Assembly: GCA_047602425.1 (NCBI GenBank)
Contig: JASGHG010000001.1
Coordinates: 1,152,001-1,216,000 of the forward strand
Origin: Nibricoccus sp.
GTDB lineage: Bacteria; Verrucomicrobiota; Verrucomicrobiia; Opitutales; Opitutaceae
Direction of reading: 5' to 3'
Length of the DNA: 64,000 nucleotides
Positions 10,368 through 21,398 of this stretch are shown piece by piece. The position numbers and the translations under genes were made by a program. Every line of letters begins with the position of its first letter. Within the stretch, counting starts at the first letter, position 1. A model generated the notes under the pieces. It worked only from the letters and a program-made list of their open reading frames with translations, had not been told where the DNA came from and did not search any database.

Positions 10368-11450
10368 TCAAAGGTGCGCTTCAAGTTGCGCCAATCGCGC
10401 AGACCATGTGTGCTCGCCCAAAATGCGTGCTCGTGCGCGGTGGCCGATCGCGCGGCATTCGGCCGGGTGGCGCGCGAGGTCTTTTGCCAAGCGACTCGCC
10501 TCCCACGCCGATCGGAAAGTGAGGATGTCTTTTCCGAGTTCAAAAATCTCCGCGAGATCCCGGTGATATTGAGTAAGGTAGCAGCATCCCATTCCAGGGA
10601 ATTCGAGGTCCCGAAGTTTGAGATAACTACAAGCATTCGGCTCCGCACCTCCTTGATTGAGCCCGAGAACTACGGCCGATTGCCGCAACTCCGTGAGCAG
10701 TGTTTCGTCGTCGAGGTAATCGCCAATTCTCGTAGCGAGAAACGACCGAACGATGCCCCGGGCCATGCGTCTTGCCAAATTCGGCTCTTTCGCAACGCGG
10801 TGGGGGGCGGCGGCCAACGCTTCCGGCCATCCCCATCCACGCACCTGCAAATCCACGCCCATTATTCGCAGAATGGTGGCGGTCCGCAGCCGGTTGCGGT
10901 TGGCAGAGCCGACAAATAGCAGACTATGTTCGGATGTGATGCAGGAAGCATCGGGCAGCGCATTTGGATTGACCGCGTACGGAGCACGAAGGAAGGGCAC
11001 CCCCAGAGAACGATAGCGCTCTTTCGCCTCCGATTCGACGAACCAGTTCAATGAGGTTCGCGCCGCCAGTCCCGCAACTAAATCGAAGGCATAAAGGCTG
11101 TCGCAAAAAAAATTGATCCATGGGATACCCTTCGCCCGCACGCGATCCACAACGTCCAAGTCGAGGTCATGGGAGAAACAACATGAGAGAACGGCCTGCG
11201 GCGCACCGCCGTCAGCACCGAAGATTTGTTCCAATAGTTTTTCACTTGTGCGAGTGCGGAGTGCAACGGCGCCATCTGGATCGTGCGTCTGCGGTGGACG
11301 CGCCCATGCAAAGTCAAGATCCTGCGGACGAATCACCGCCACACCGGCTTGCTCTAGTCCCTCGTAGAAATGTCGCTCCCAAACCTTCGCATACCGCCAG
11401 GAACGCACATGGCAATCAGGCACGAGGACGAAAATCCGGCGTAACTTCAT
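10368..11450 (-). CDS. CgeB-like glycosyltransferase
   Basis: INFFCDS, LFVGSA, LKLRDLEFPGMGCCYLT, GHRARARILGEHTWSARL, typical of the CgeB/Glyco_trans_1_2 C-terminal domain. Confidence 0.78.
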   Translation of the reverse strand: MKLRRIFVLVPDCHVRSWRYAKVWERHFYEGLEQAGVAVIRPQDLDFAWARPPQTHDPDGAVALRTRTSEKLLEQIFGADGGAPQAVLSCCFSHDLDLDVVDRVRAKGIPWINFFCDSLYAFDLVAGLAARTSLNWFVESEAKERYRSLGVPFLRAPYAVNPNALPDASCITSEHSLLFVGSANRNRLRTATILRIMGVDLQVRGWGWPEALAAAPHRVAKEPNLARRMARGIVRSFLATRIGDYLDDETLLTELRQSAVVLGLNQGGAEPNACSYLKLRDLEFPGMGCCYLTQYHRDLAEIFELGKDILTFRSAWEASRLAKDLARHPAECRAIGHRARARILGEHTWSARLAQLEAHL

Positions 11451-11556
11451 AAAACGGAAAAATACCTCGGTTCTCCGGAGCTCAAATTGTGACCACCGCA
11501 CAATAAGATACGTTGTACAGTTGGATCAGCCCCCTGCCCATAAGAATGGGAGCTAC

Positions 11557-12579
11557 TCATCTTTGCGTCCCCCATCGGCGGCCAAACACTGAGCGCATTT
11601 TCTTTATAAGCCTGGAGGAAAACGTCCTATAATCATGCTCCAACACCAGTATCCGCCACGCCGTTCGGATGCGGGTGGCAAACTTCCTTTTACTCCAAAA
11701 GAATCGATAGAAGAGCCTGTCTTGATTCGCGACTTTCAAAAAACTCTTCGTGATGTCTTCGGCTTCACGGAAGGCGTTGCGATAAATCAGGTATTTCGAT
11801 GCATCACGGCAGAGAACCTCCATTTTACGCTTCTGTAAATGGATATACATAAACTCTTCTCGATGAATTCCATCCGCCAATAAAAAATAACGGTATACCC
11901 TCCCGTTCTCGTATGCAAAACAGGATTGGTCTGATTTTGGCTCTCGACCCTTGGCTTCACCATGTAAACGCAGTGCGTAGTCACCGTAAAATATATTGGC
12001 GCCAGGAGATCCGACATAGAGTTTTAAGTTTCGTTGAGAAAAAAAAGCATTTACTCCATCTTCCCGCTCGTCGAAAGCCCAGTTACGCTCGTTCGCGAGA
12101 ACCGTCCGATAGTCCACGCAACGAGCGAACCGCTCGCGGTAAATGAGATTTACGACCGATGTATTCCTATATAACGCAAAGTATCCCCTATCGAAAATCT
12201 TGTCGTACTGCTGATAAAGCTCGTCTGAAATAAATTCATTAATTCTTCCAAAGATCACGTCAGGATCGAAATGCCCCCAAAAATCGTAGCCTTGCAGGTA
12301 ATCTGCGAAGAGATGTCCGTAAATCGGTTTATAGTCACAAAGTTTGTAAGGACGTTCAAGCGCCAAAGGGAAATCAAAATGCTGCTGAAAATAATTTCTC
12401 AAACCGGTCAAATTAGTATAATTTACGAATACATTAGTAGGCCATTCATATTGAGTTCTATCATCTGTAAATATATACCAGTCGAAGTCGGTGTTGCATT
12501 CGTAAGACTTCAATGCCAAGCCAAAGAAATTGGGAAGAATCCCAAAATACGGTTGAATCATGGCAACTTTGCGTTTCAT
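11557..12579 (-). CDS. DUF6625-like protein (polysaccharide-locus associated)
   Basis: IQPYFGILPNFF, DWYIFTDD, PYKLCDYKPIYG, YDFWGHFDPDVIFG, YIHLQKRKM. Confidence 0.75.
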   Translation of the reverse strand: MKRKVAMIQPYFGILPNFFGLALKSYECNTDFDWYIFTDDRTQYEWPTNVFVNYTNLTGLRNYFQQHFDFPLALERPYKLCDYKPIYGHLFADYLQGYDFWGHFDPDVIFGRINEFISDELYQQYDKIFDRGYFALYRNTSVVNLIYRERFARCVDYRTVLANERNWAFDEREDGVNAFFSQRNLKLYVGSPGANIFYGDYALRLHGEAKGREPKSDQSCFAYENGRVYRYFLLADGIHREEFMYIHLQKRKMEVLCRDASKYLIYRNAFREAEDITKSFLKVANQDRLFYRFFWSKRKFATRIRTAWRILVLEHDYRTFSSRLIKKMRSVFGRRWGTQR

Positions 12580-12681
12580 ATTTACGTTTATATGGTTCGC
12601 CCCTTATTTCTATATCGCAATTTATCGAATAAAAATTGATTCGCGTATAAATATAGCCAATCAAATTGCATTGAATCTACC

Positions 12682-13617
12682 ATGACTGGCAGGAAGCGTA
12701 TTTTATTATTGGGCGGCACCGGTTTTATAGGAACGGCTTTAACCCGACGATTATCTGCGAATCGCGCGGACAATGAGTTGATGATGCTTATTCACCGGAA
12801 AGCCCCGTTGCGCGAACTGGAGCAAATCAATACTCACACAGGCGACCTTGGCACATTCGATCTTGCTCTGCTCGATAAATTTTCGCCGCACGTCGTTGTG
12901 CATCTGGCGCGAATGAGCGGTCAGGGGCGTATCGGCAGATTGTTGGCAGCTTGGAGAGGTGCGCGAGCGAATAGACGAATCATTAGCCACCTGCAGTTGA
13001 TGCAGCCCACGCCTCATGTTATCTATGTCAGTGGCACCTTGGTCTACGGCGATTGCGGGACTCGTCCGGTCGATGAGGATCATCCGATATCCCCAATAGC
13101 CTTTGCGAGGGAATATATCAGAGCGGAAAAACCGTGGATGGACGCTTTGATAAAAGGAACTATACCGGTGACGATTTTGCGGCCACCTTGGATTATGGGG
13201 CAAGGCTCTTGGTTTTCGACGTTTTATCTTAAAAGTATTCATGACCATGGGATAGTTCCTCTCTTTGGTGACGGGCAAAATTGGATGTCATTGATCGATG
13301 TTGAAGACTGCGCAGGTTTAGTTGCACATGCAGTGAGAAATGCCCAGCCTGGGCGGTGCTATAATCTCTTTTGCCCAAATGCGCATCTGACGCAGATTGA
13401 GTTTGCTGAAAGATTATCGAAAGAATCCGGTGCGAGTGTGAATAAATTGAGTATGGATGAAGTGAAAGACGTATATAGTCCTACGATTTGGGAGGCGTTT
13501 ACATTTTCGAATATCAGCTCGACTAAATATCCGGAGTTCATTGCGGGCTATGATTTCAAATATAATTCCATTGATAAGATTATTGGGAACAATTTGCCCG
13601 CCGATGTAAGCGGGTAG
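12682..13617 (+). CDS. NAD-dependent epimerase/dehydratase (extended SDR)
   Basis: ILLLGGTGFIG Rossmann motif, YVSGTLVYGD, ILRPPWIMG, IDVEDCA. Confidence 0.85.
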   Translation: MTGRKRILLLGGTGFIGTALTRRLSANRADNELMMLIHRKAPLRELEQINTHTGDLGTFDLALLDKFSPHVVVHLARMSGQGRIGRLLAAWRGARANRRIISHLQLMQPTPHVIYVSGTLVYGDCGTRPVDEDHPISPIAFAREYIRAEKPWMDALIKGTIPVTILRPPWIMGQGSWFSTFYLKSIHDHGIVPLFGDGQNWMSLIDVEDCAGLVAHAVRNAQPGRCYNLFCPNAHLTQIEFAERLSKESGASVNKLSMDEVKDVYSPTIWEAFTFSNISSTKYPEFIAGYDFKYNSIDKIIGNNLPADVSG

Positions 13618-13826
13618 TTTCGTCCACGGGACCTACGAGATGATTGCGGTCCGCTATTCGAAGGGAAAAGGGAAGTTGTAACGGTCCTGTTACGGAAAAT
13701 TGCCTGCGTTCGAGGCGAATTCGGAGAATCTACCGAATTACCTCCCCGCGATCCTGCAATGGCGCGGATCCGAAACCCGGTCGAGCCGCACAGGATCCAG
13801 TCGCCTACCGTATTGCAGTTCGTTCC

Positions 13827-14849
13827 ATGAACTCTCCCCAAAGCATCTGGTCCGACAAGCCCATGTCGACGGGTATAGCAGCCTTGGTTTGTTATGCCGG
13901 TGTGTTCAACGATGTCATCGACGTAGAAGAAATGGCATCACGGCTTGGAGTATCTGGCCAAGACGAATTTTATGCGACGGTCAATGAGCTGCACCGTCAG
14001 AATAGAATCATCGTCAGAGATGGCTTCGTTGCGCTGCCCAACCTCGACGATAGGATTTCCGTAAAAGCTGAAAAAATCGCTTTCACGAAAAAACTCATCG
14101 ACTCACGAATAGACGACCTGCGGAAACTCGGTCGGAACCCGCTAATCAAATTTGTCGGCATCTCAGGATCGCTTGCTGCCAACAATCCGACGCGGGATAT
14201 GTTGGGTCGATTGGATCTCGATGTGTTTCTTATCACAAGACGACATTGTCTATGGATATATAGAATATTATTTGGCATCCGTTATGTTTTCCCAAAAAAC
14301 AGGGAGGAGCCTGAGTTATGTATAAACTATCTTGTGGACGAGGCGCATTTAGCCATTCCGATCAAAAACTTCTATACGGCCACAGAAATTCAGAATTTGA
14401 TTCCAGTGACTAACGCTAGTTCTCTTCGTCAATTTCTTCAAGCTAACAGCTGGGTCCGCCACTACTACCCCAGGCCAGTCGATACTAAGACAACGTCATC
14501 TTTGAGCCAGCCGGAAAGTACGGTCGATAAATTGCTCTATTTTATCTTTATTTCTTTGAGGTGTGTAAAATGGATGAGCTTTAAACCCTTGAAGCAACTT
14601 TCCTTCAAATCCGATCCCCATCGCGGTGAAAGTCCATGTGCTTCACGAAATCCTCATGGAGGATATCACGCGTTGGTACAAAAGAAATTCGATCGGCTGG
14701 CAAAGGATTGGTACTCCGATTTGCTAGGCGACGATCTGATTGAAAAACTCTTCCCCGATGAGTTGAGCATCGAGATTCGCGAAGGCAAATCGGACGTCGA
14801 AGCGATGGCACAAGCTGCCATCGGAGCCCCTTATGGCAAATATGGATAG
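13827..14849 (+). CDS. Putative Pol-beta-superfamily nucleotidyltransferase-domain protein
   Basis: FVGISGSLA...DLDVFLIT (GS + DxD), LCINYLVDE, NFYTATEI. Start placed at ATG 13827. Confidence 0.6.
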   Translation: MNSPQSIWSDKPMSTGIAALVCYAGVFNDVIDVEEMASRLGVSGQDEFYATVNELHRQNRIIVRDGFVALPNLDDRISVKAEKIAFTKKLIDSRIDDLRKLGRNPLIKFVGISGSLAANNPTRDMLGRLDLDVFLITRRHCLWIYRILFGIRYVFPKNREEPELCINYLVDEAHLAIPIKNFYTATEIQNLIPVTNASSLRQFLQANSWVRHYYPRPVDTKTTSSLSQPESTVDKLLYFIFISLRCVKWMSFKPLKQLSFKSDPHRGESPCASRNPHGGYHALVQKKFDRLAKDWYSDLLGDDLIEKLFPDELSIEIREGKSDVEAMAQAAIGAPYGKYG

Positions 14850-15684
14850 CACCACATATTACCAAAAGGTGGCGGGGTATTTTGATCGGGATGCTCCTGA
14901 TTTCGAGGAGCGTTATTGGAAGAATATAGTACTTCAACGGATTAGGCAATCGTTCCGCGAGGAGGTAAAAGCGCATAGCTTTAGCAACGTTCTCGAGATT
15001 GGTTGTGGCACCGGTTTGGACGTAGCGCATTTCGGCTCCATTTTTCCGGCCAGAAAAGTCTACGGGATCGATATTGCACCAGAGATGGTAGCAAGGGCCT
15101 GGCGAAAAATTGAGACAATGGGTTTGGAGAATGTGACTTTGGAGATAGGCACCCCTGAAAGTTTGGAAACACTTTTTCCAGATGTGCAGTTTGACCATAT
15201 ATACGTTTTTTTTGGCGCGTTAAATACTGTCCCTGACCTTCGCCGTGTAGCGGGAATACTTAAAAGTCGAATGAATCCCGAAGGAACGATGGTTCTCACT
15301 TTCGTGAACAAGTGGTATCTCGCGGACATGTTGATCGATCTCCTCAAATTTCGATTTAAACGGGCGTTCAAAAGAATTCGGAAGATATGGGGTGGTTATG
15401 CCGAGACAAAGCCACTCGAAAGCAGATGTTACTCACCGCGCGAAATCGCGAGCGCATTTGGGAACGATTTTGAGATTACTCGAAGAAGAGGATATTCGAT
15501 CCTGTATCCCGCGTGGTACAGGCTGAATTTAATTTTTAGACTGGGCAGGAGAATTACCGATTTTCTGTGGAAGATTGATCAAGTTCTCAATCGCACACCG
15601 GCGTGGTGTCTGGGCGAATATGCGCTCTATTGTTTCAAGACTAAAGAGGCAATTGTGCCCGGGCCTTCGAAAGACTCTTGTTAA
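14833..15684 (+). CDS. Class I SAM-dependent methyltransferase
   Basis: VLEIGCGTG, YGIDIAPEMV, FDHIY; overlaps the upstream stop. Confidence 0.88.
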   Translation: MANMDSTTYYQKVAGYFDRDAPDFEERYWKNIVLQRIRQSFREEVKAHSFSNVLEIGCGTGLDVAHFGSIFPARKVYGIDIAPEMVARAWRKIETMGLENVTLEIGTPESLETLFPDVQFDHIYVFFGALNTVPDLRRVAGILKSRMNPEGTMVLTFVNKWYLADMLIDLLKFRFKRAFKRIRKIWGGYAETKPLESRCYSPREIASAFGNDFEITRRRGYSILYPAWYRLNLIFRLGRRITDFLWKIDQVLNRTPAWCLGEYALYCFKTKEAIVPGPSKDSC

Positions 15685-15725
15685 CCAATAAATATGCGAT
15701 GGCGGACGGCCGGTATTTCGCCGGT

Positions 15726-18700
15726 TTACTGAGGCGGTATGAAACGACTCAATGCAGCGTGGAGTTCAGCAACGCGAACCGGTTTGCTCACGTAATCGTT
15801 CATCCCGACTTCCAGACATCTTTCACGATCACCCTGCATCGCATTGGCTGTCATCGCAATGATATGGATTGGTGACGCGTGCAGACCGTTTACGCTGTGC
15901 GCGGCTTCCCGGCGACGTATCGTTTGGGTCGCTTCGTAGCCGTCCATTTCCGGCATGTGGCAATCCATAAAAATCACATCGTAGTTAATACGTTCTAGCG
16001 CGGTCAGCACTTCGAAGCCGTTGGCGACGACGTCCGCCGTACAACCGATTTTTGCCAGCAAGCCGAGCGCCACTTTTTGGTTCACGCGATTGTCTTCGGC
16101 CACGAGAATTCTGATCTTGGGCAAAGGAGGAAGTTCGGGCTCGTTGGCGTGAGTGGCGGCGCGAGCTTCCTGAGGTGCATCATCGTTCGCAAGATGCACC
16201 AATATATTTTGCAGCTGCGCTTGTTTTACGGGTTTCACTAAAAACGCGTCGATGCCCATGGCCTCCAGTTCCGCTTTTTTATAGGTGCTGCCGGAAGTCG
16301 CGAGCAGAACCAAACGCACCCTCGCGATGGCGGGATCGCTCTTTATCGCGCGGGCCAACATCAGCCCATCCATTTCAGGCATCTGCATGTCAACGAGTGC
16401 AATTTCGTAGGGAAATTTTTCCTTGGATGCCGTTTGCAGCGCGGCAAGCGCCGCCTTGCCTGACTCCACCGCATCCCGTTGCATGCGCAATGCAGCGAGT
16501 TGTTGGGAGTAGATCTTTCGGTTGGTTTCGTGATCGTCGACGATCAAAACCCGCACCGCACTCATATCCCGTTTATAGTTCGGCGAAGGCGTGGACATCC
16601 CTTTGAGCTTTCCGAACAGCGCGGTGAACCAGAACGTCGTGCCCTTGCCCAGTGTACTCTCGACACCAACCGAACCATTCATCATAGCCACCAACTGCTT
16701 GGAAATAGCGAGTCCCAGGCCAGTACCGCCAAATTTCCGTGTGGTTGAGGAGTCTGCCTGGTTGAACGGTTGGAACAGGCGCGTCTGAGCCTCCGAAGAA
16801 ATCCCAATGCCGGTATCGACGACTTGAAATTGCACACGAACACTTTCCTCGGTTTCATCCGACCGCGTCACACGCACAACCACTTCTCCCTGCGCGGTGA
16901 ACTTAATCGCGTTGTTCATCAGGTTGAGAAGCACCTGGCGCAAACGCCCGGGGTCGCCGCTGAGATGGCGCGGAATGTCGGGATCCACGTAGCTCACCAG
17001 TTCGAGGCCTTTCTTCAACGCCTGTCCCGCTAACATGTCGCGGGTGGATTCCACGAGTTCGACTAAATCAAAATCCAAAATTTCGAAAGTGAGTTTGCCC
17101 GCTTCGATCTTCGAGAAATCGAGGATATCGTTGACGATGGTCAGCAGGGCGTCGGCGCTGCTCTGCGCAGTGTGGGCATATTCGTATTGCTGGGGACTGA
17201 GTTCGGAGTCCAATAGAAGCCCCGTCATGCCGATAACGCCGTTCATTGGCGTGCGGATTTCGTGGCTCATGTTGGCGAGAAATTCGCTCTTAGCTCTTGC
17301 TGCTGTCTCGGCAGCCTCCTTGGCAACGCGCAACTCATGCGTACGCGCTTCGATCAGCCGTTCAAGTTCAGCCGTGCGCATTCGCGCGTGCCGCGCCCGA
17401 TATCGTATAAGGCCAACGATGCCCGCCGCTACGGTCCCAACCACGATCAAACCGAACCAAAAAGTCTGATAGTAAAAAGCCCGCACCGTGAACTTGAGTT
17501 CAGCACTCTCCTCTTCCCATCCGCCGGCGCTGTTTCGGACAGCCACGCGAAAATGATAGTCGCCAGGGGGAAGCTTGTCATAGCGGACACTGCGACGGTT
17601 TGAGACCTCGACCCAGGTGGGATCGAGCGGTTCAAGCCTCACTCGAAAGCTCATCTTTTCGGGCGCCACAAAATTGACCGCCGTAAAATAGATCTGCAGA
17701 TCGGTGGCTCCCGGTGGAATCACGACAGGCCCGGTGGTCGGCAGACTCGCACCGCCCACCTCCACGCGCTCGATCAACGGTACCGGCGGACGCTTGTCGG
17801 TTACAACCTGTTCGGGCCGGATCACCACCACTCCGCGATCCGTGGCAAAAAGCAAACGTCCCTCCTTGGTTCTCCAAGCGTTGGGGCTGCCGATGAGGTT
17901 GCATTCGGCGGGCACGAAACCATCGAAACGATTGAACAGTCGCGGCTCCAACATGCGACGCCGTCCGTCCGCGACCTCGTCGAATTGTTCGCATGCGACC
18001 CGCATAAACCCTTCGGGGCAGGCGATCCAATAAGAGCCTTGGCCGTCCTCAAGCATGCCCGCAATGGAATCGTCCATCAATCCGTCGCGGCTGGTGAATA
18101 TTCTCCAACGCCCTTCTTTCAAGCGGCTGAGTCCGCCACCGTCTGTTAAAACCCAAATCGCACCCGCCGCGTCTTCGAAAATTGCCACGGCCGGGGCCTC
18201 CGCAATTTCAACGCCCGAACGGTAGACCGCCCATTGCCCCGCGCGCAGACAGGCCACTCCCGCCGGTGGCACGGCCACCCAGATGTCGCCGTTTCTGGCG
18301 CGTATTACCGACTTGAATACATTGCTGGATAATCCCGGAATTGTATTCTGCCCGTGGAAATCGCCGCCCGTGCCATGGTAGAGCGCGCCGTCGCAGGCGA
18401 CCCAAACGCCGTTTCCTCCGTCGGGCGCAATGCCATTGACCCGGGCATGTGCGATGCCCGGCAATTCGGCTTGGGGTGCGGCGGTCATGCGATTCTGCCA
18501 TTCCGCGGCGTTGCCGGGTTGGTAGTAGTTGGTTGTTTCAATGCCTTCGTAACGAAATAAACCGTTGGCCGCACCGAACCACATGGTACCGGTTGGTTGT
18601 TCCTCGATTGCGATGACCTGTTTCAGGTCGGCGAGGCCGGGGGCGTCAAAGCGCGTCGCGATTTTGCCGTCGTAGTGATAAAGTCCGCCACCCCAGAGGC

Positions 18701-19793
18701 CGATCCACCACGTGCCGTCGGCGGATTCAAAGATCGAGTTCGTCGAGGTCTGATCGAGGCCCTGCTCTTTGCCGACGATGGCGCTGGCCGAGTCCGCAAG
18801 TTGAAAAAGCCCCGCCGTGCTCGCAACCCAAAGCTCACCGTCGCGGCCTTCAAAAATCTGCTGGATCGCGGTCCCGCCAAAAAATTCGCGCGATTCCGTC
18901 GACTCGATGCGATCGTTGCTCATCCGAAACAATCCGCCGTACGTGCCAATCCAAAGATTCCCGCTTCGGTCGAAGCGCAGATCCGTGACGCGAATATTAA
19001 GCAAACCATCCGCTATGCCATAATTCGCCACATGGTCGTCCGCGCCGATACGGTAAACTCCTTCGCTCGATCCGACCCACAAGGAACCATCAGCACCCGC
19101 CACGGCACCGGTAAACGCATTGCCTTGCAACCCGAGTTGATCGGAAACGCGTTCGATTCTAGTTCCCACAATTCGCCACAAGGCGTCACCGCTCACCCAA
19201 ATACTTCCGTCGGGACGTTCAAGGTACGAGCGCACCACCCCATCGATGCGTTCCCAAGCTCCTTCCGGCGCCACGATTTTTCCGTCGCGTACAAAAGAAA
19301 AACCCGCGCGCGTGCTCACGACCAGGGTGCCATCTTTCGCGATAAAAAGTGAGCGAACAGAATTGCTGGCCAGCCCATCCTTTGTGGTGAATCGCTCAAA
19401 GAATCCATTTTTCCATCTAAACAGTCCATCGTCGCCCCCCACCCAGATCGTTCCATCGGTCGACTCCTGAATGGCATAAAATCCGCCACGCAATAATTCC
19501 GAGTGAGTGTTTCCAGTGTAAGCCGTAAAACGATTCCCATCAAAACGTGCGATGCCCTTGGTTGTGGCGATCCAGAGATAGCCTTCGCGCGACTGGGTGA
19601 GCGCGTTGATTTTATTCGAAGGCAAACCGTGTTCCGTAAACCAACCATGCACCGTATAACTGTTGGCTTTCCGGTCGGCATTTAACGCAAAAACCCGCGC
19701 AGCCGTGAACAAACAGCCCAAGGCCAGTAACAATGGGAGAACGAAAATCTGCGAAGTTGGGCGTATTTGATTCTGAAATACAGTCACAGGCAA
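15726..19793 (-). CDS. Hybrid sensor histidine kinase (beta-propeller sensor, Y_Y_Y, HisKA, HATPase, two receivers)
   Basis: Repeated GxLWIGT propeller motifs, [30 protein letters not shown], two REC domains (DMQMP, DCHMP). Confidence 0.93.
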   Translation of the reverse strand: MPVTVFQNQIRPTSQIFVLPLLLALGCLFTAARVFALNADRKANSYTVHGWFTEHGLPSNKINALTQSREGYLWIATTKGIARFDGNRFTAYTGNTHSELLRGGFYAIQESTDGTIWVGGDDGLFRWKNGFFERFTTKDGLASNSVRSLFIAKDGTLVVSTRAGFSFVRDGKIVAPEGAWERIDGVVRSYLERPDGSIWVSGDALWRIVGTRIERVSDQLGLQGNAFTGAVAGADGSLWVGSSEGVYRIGADDHVANYGIADGLLNIRVTDLRFDRSGNLWIGTYGGLFRMSNDRIESTESREFFGGTAIQQIFEGRDGELWVASTAGLFQLADSASAIVGKEQGLDQTSTNSIFESADGTWWIGLWGGGLYHYDGKIATRFDAPGLADLKQVIAIEEQPTGTMWFGAANGLFRYEGIETTNYYQPGNAAEWQNRMTAAPQAELPGIAHARVNGIAPDGGNGVWVACDGALYHGTGGDFHGQNTIPGLSSNVFKSVIRARNGDIWVAVPPAGVACLRAGQWAVYRSGVEIAEAPAVAIFEDAAGAIWVLTDGGGLSRLKEGRWRIFTSRDGLMDDSIAGMLEDGQGSYWIACPEGFMRVACEQFDEVADGRRRMLEPRLFNRFDGFVPAECNLIGSPNAWRTKEGRLLFATDRGVVVIRPEQVVTDKRPPVPLIERVEVGGASLPTTGPVVIPPGATDLQIYFTAVNFVAPEKMSFRVRLEPLDPTWVEVSNRRSVRYDKLPPGDYHFRVAVRNSAGGWEEESAELKFTVRAFYYQTFWFGLIVVGTVAAGIVGLIRYRARHARMRTAELERLIEARTHELRVAKEAAETAARAKSEFLANMSHEIRTPMNGVIGMTGLLLDSELSPQQYEYAHTAQSSADALLTIVNDILDFSKIEAGKLTFEILDFDLVELVESTRDMLAGQALKKGLELVSYVDPDIPRHLSGDPGRLRQVLLNLMNNAIKFTAQGEVVVRVTRSDETEESVRVQFQVVDTGIGISSEAQTRLFQPFNQADSSTTRKFGGTGLGLAISKQLVAMMNGSVGVESTLGKGTTFWFTALFGKLKGMSTPSPNYKRDMSAVRVLIVDDHETNRKIYSQQLAALRMQRDAVESGKAALAALQTASKEKFPYEIALVDMQMPEMDGLMLARAIKSDPAIARVRLVLLATSGSTYKKAELEAMGIDAFLVKPVKQAQLQNILVHLANDDAPQEARAATHANEPELPPLPKIRILVAEDNRVNQKVALGLLAKIGCTADVVANGFEVLTALERINYDVIFMDCHMPEMDGYEATQTIRRREAAHSVNGLHASPIHIIAMTANAMQGDRERCLEVGMNDYVSKPVRVAELHAALSRFIPPQ

Positions 19794-20040
19794 TTCGGTC
19801 GTGGACGGCCGGGATATGCGGTCAAAATTGGTCTAAAAAATTATATTATCCCACTGATCTACGACTCATATTTAGCGCGATTTAGCCGATTATGCCAACG
19901 GAGAGTCGCGCAAAAGAATCGACTCGATCAGGCACAGCCCGTCCGCCGAATTTTGTTAAACATTTTCCCTGAAATTGAATTTTCAAGACGCCATGACATA
20001 CGTACCTCTACTCTCGGTTTCACCACTCAAAAACGCGTTT

Positions 20041-21384
20041 ATGAAACGTCACGATACGCAGAAAATCTCCGCGTCCCAGTCGCTCTCCTCAACCGTTTCA
20101 TGGGAGGTGCGTCGTGCTTTCCCAGCCTTGCGGATTTGTTTCATGACAGTCATGTTGTTTACCCTGATTCCGCCAGCGTCCGCCGCCGAATGGCTGCTCA
20201 CCGGAGAATTGGGCGCCCACGATCCATGCCTCATCAAAGAGGAGAGCGACTATGCCAACGGCAATTGGTGGTGGAGCCCCGCCACCGGTCCTGGACTGTC
20301 GATGAAGTTCTCGACGGACGGCATCAAGTGGCGTCAAGGCCTCCAGTTTTTTACCGAAGACAGCAAGCCGGTCTGGTGGACCGAATACGCTCCGGCGATG
20401 AGACCGCTGAACGTATGGGCGCCAGACCTACAAAAATTCGGCAACCGGTTTTGGTGCTATTACAGTGTTTCGGAATTTGGAAAAAATAATTCCGCTATCG
20501 GGCTTACATCGTCATCCGGTATCTTTCGGGGAGACTGGCAGGATGACGGCGTGGTCATCTCTTCAAAGCAGAACAAGGACACTTACAACGCGGTTGACCC
20601 CAGCCTCGTCATCGACGAACAAGGAAGCCCCTGGCTGACGTTCGGGTCCTACTACGATGGCCTGCATCTCGTCCAACTCGATCCGAAGACCATGAAGCCC
20701 GCAGCGAACGCGGCTATTCTAACCATCGCACGGCGCCAAAGAGACCTCGGCCTTGAGGCGCCCACCATTGTCTACGCGAATGGCTACTATTACTTGTTTG
20801 TGGCGATCGACGTTTGCTGCAATGGCAAGGTTAGCACCCACAAGGTCGCCTGCGGCCGCGCCAAAAATATCGTCGGCCCATACGAGGGAAAACCGGGCGA
20901 CGTAAAAAACGCCGTCACCAACATGTTGACCGGCAACCTTACGATTCTTGAAAAAGGCGACGAGCGCTGGGCCGGCATGGGCGGCGCTTACGTTTATCGT
21001 CGCGGCGATGGCTGGATTATTGTGCGGCATGGATACGACAAAAATTCCGGCGGCACGCCCAAGATGCGGATCAACGATCTCTACTGGGACGCCCAAGGCT
21101 GGCCGACCTTCGTGGCTCCGGACTTGCCGAACCAAACCGTAGCGGCAGGCGAGACAGTCAATTTCACCGCTCCATCAAGCATCACCTATCAATGGCAAGT
21201 TTCCACGGATAATGGTGCCACGTGGGCCAACATCACCGACAACGCGACGTATAATGGCGCGTCCAAGTTGACACTCGCCGTCAAGGCCTCGAGCACGATG
21301 AACGGTCACAAGTACCGAGTCGTGACCGGCAACGGCGGCGCCACCAGCAATGCTTTTTTACTTACCGTCAAGGACACGGAATAA
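20041..21384 (+). CDS. GH43 endo-1,5-alpha-L-arabinanase-like enzyme with C-terminal Ig-like domain
   Basis: AHDP, WAPD, NAVDP, LEAP catalytic motifs; signal peptide ending PASA; TYQWQVSTD Ig-like tail. Start uncertain. Confidence 0.85.
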   Translation: MKRHDTQKISASQSLSSTVSWEVRRAFPALRICFMTVMLFTLIPPASAAEWLLTGELGAHDPCLIKEESDYANGNWWWSPATGPGLSMKFSTDGIKWRQGLQFFTEDSKPVWWTEYAPAMRPLNVWAPDLQKFGNRFWCYYSVSEFGKNNSAIGLTSSSGIFRGDWQDDGVVISSKQNKDTYNAVDPSLVIDEQGSPWLTFGSYYDGLHLVQLDPKTMKPAANAAILTIARRQRDLGLEAPTIVYANGYYYLFVAIDVCCNGKVSTHKVACGRAKNIVGPYEGKPGDVKNAVTNMLTGNLTILEKGDERWAGMGGAYVYRRGDGWIIVRHGYDKNSGGTPKMRINDLYWDAQGWPTFVAPDLPNQTVAAGETVNFTAPSSITYQWQVSTDNGATWANITDNATYNGASKLTLAVKASSTMNGHKYRVVTGNGGATSNAFLLTVKDTE

Positions 21385-21398
21385 CCGTTCCCAGCGGC

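Noticed and set aside
9173..10648. Track start of the GT4 at 10648, and similar extended starts for gatA, gatB, LacI, kinase and pectinesterase
   Set aside because: Extensions overlap neighbouring genes or intergenic elements; downstream starts match family N-termini.
13618..13826. Cobalamin-riboswitch-like fragments (AAAAGGGAAG, CCCCGCG) and short palindromes
   Set aside because: The core GGUG-AA-UCC and ACUGU elements are missing; resemblance too weak.
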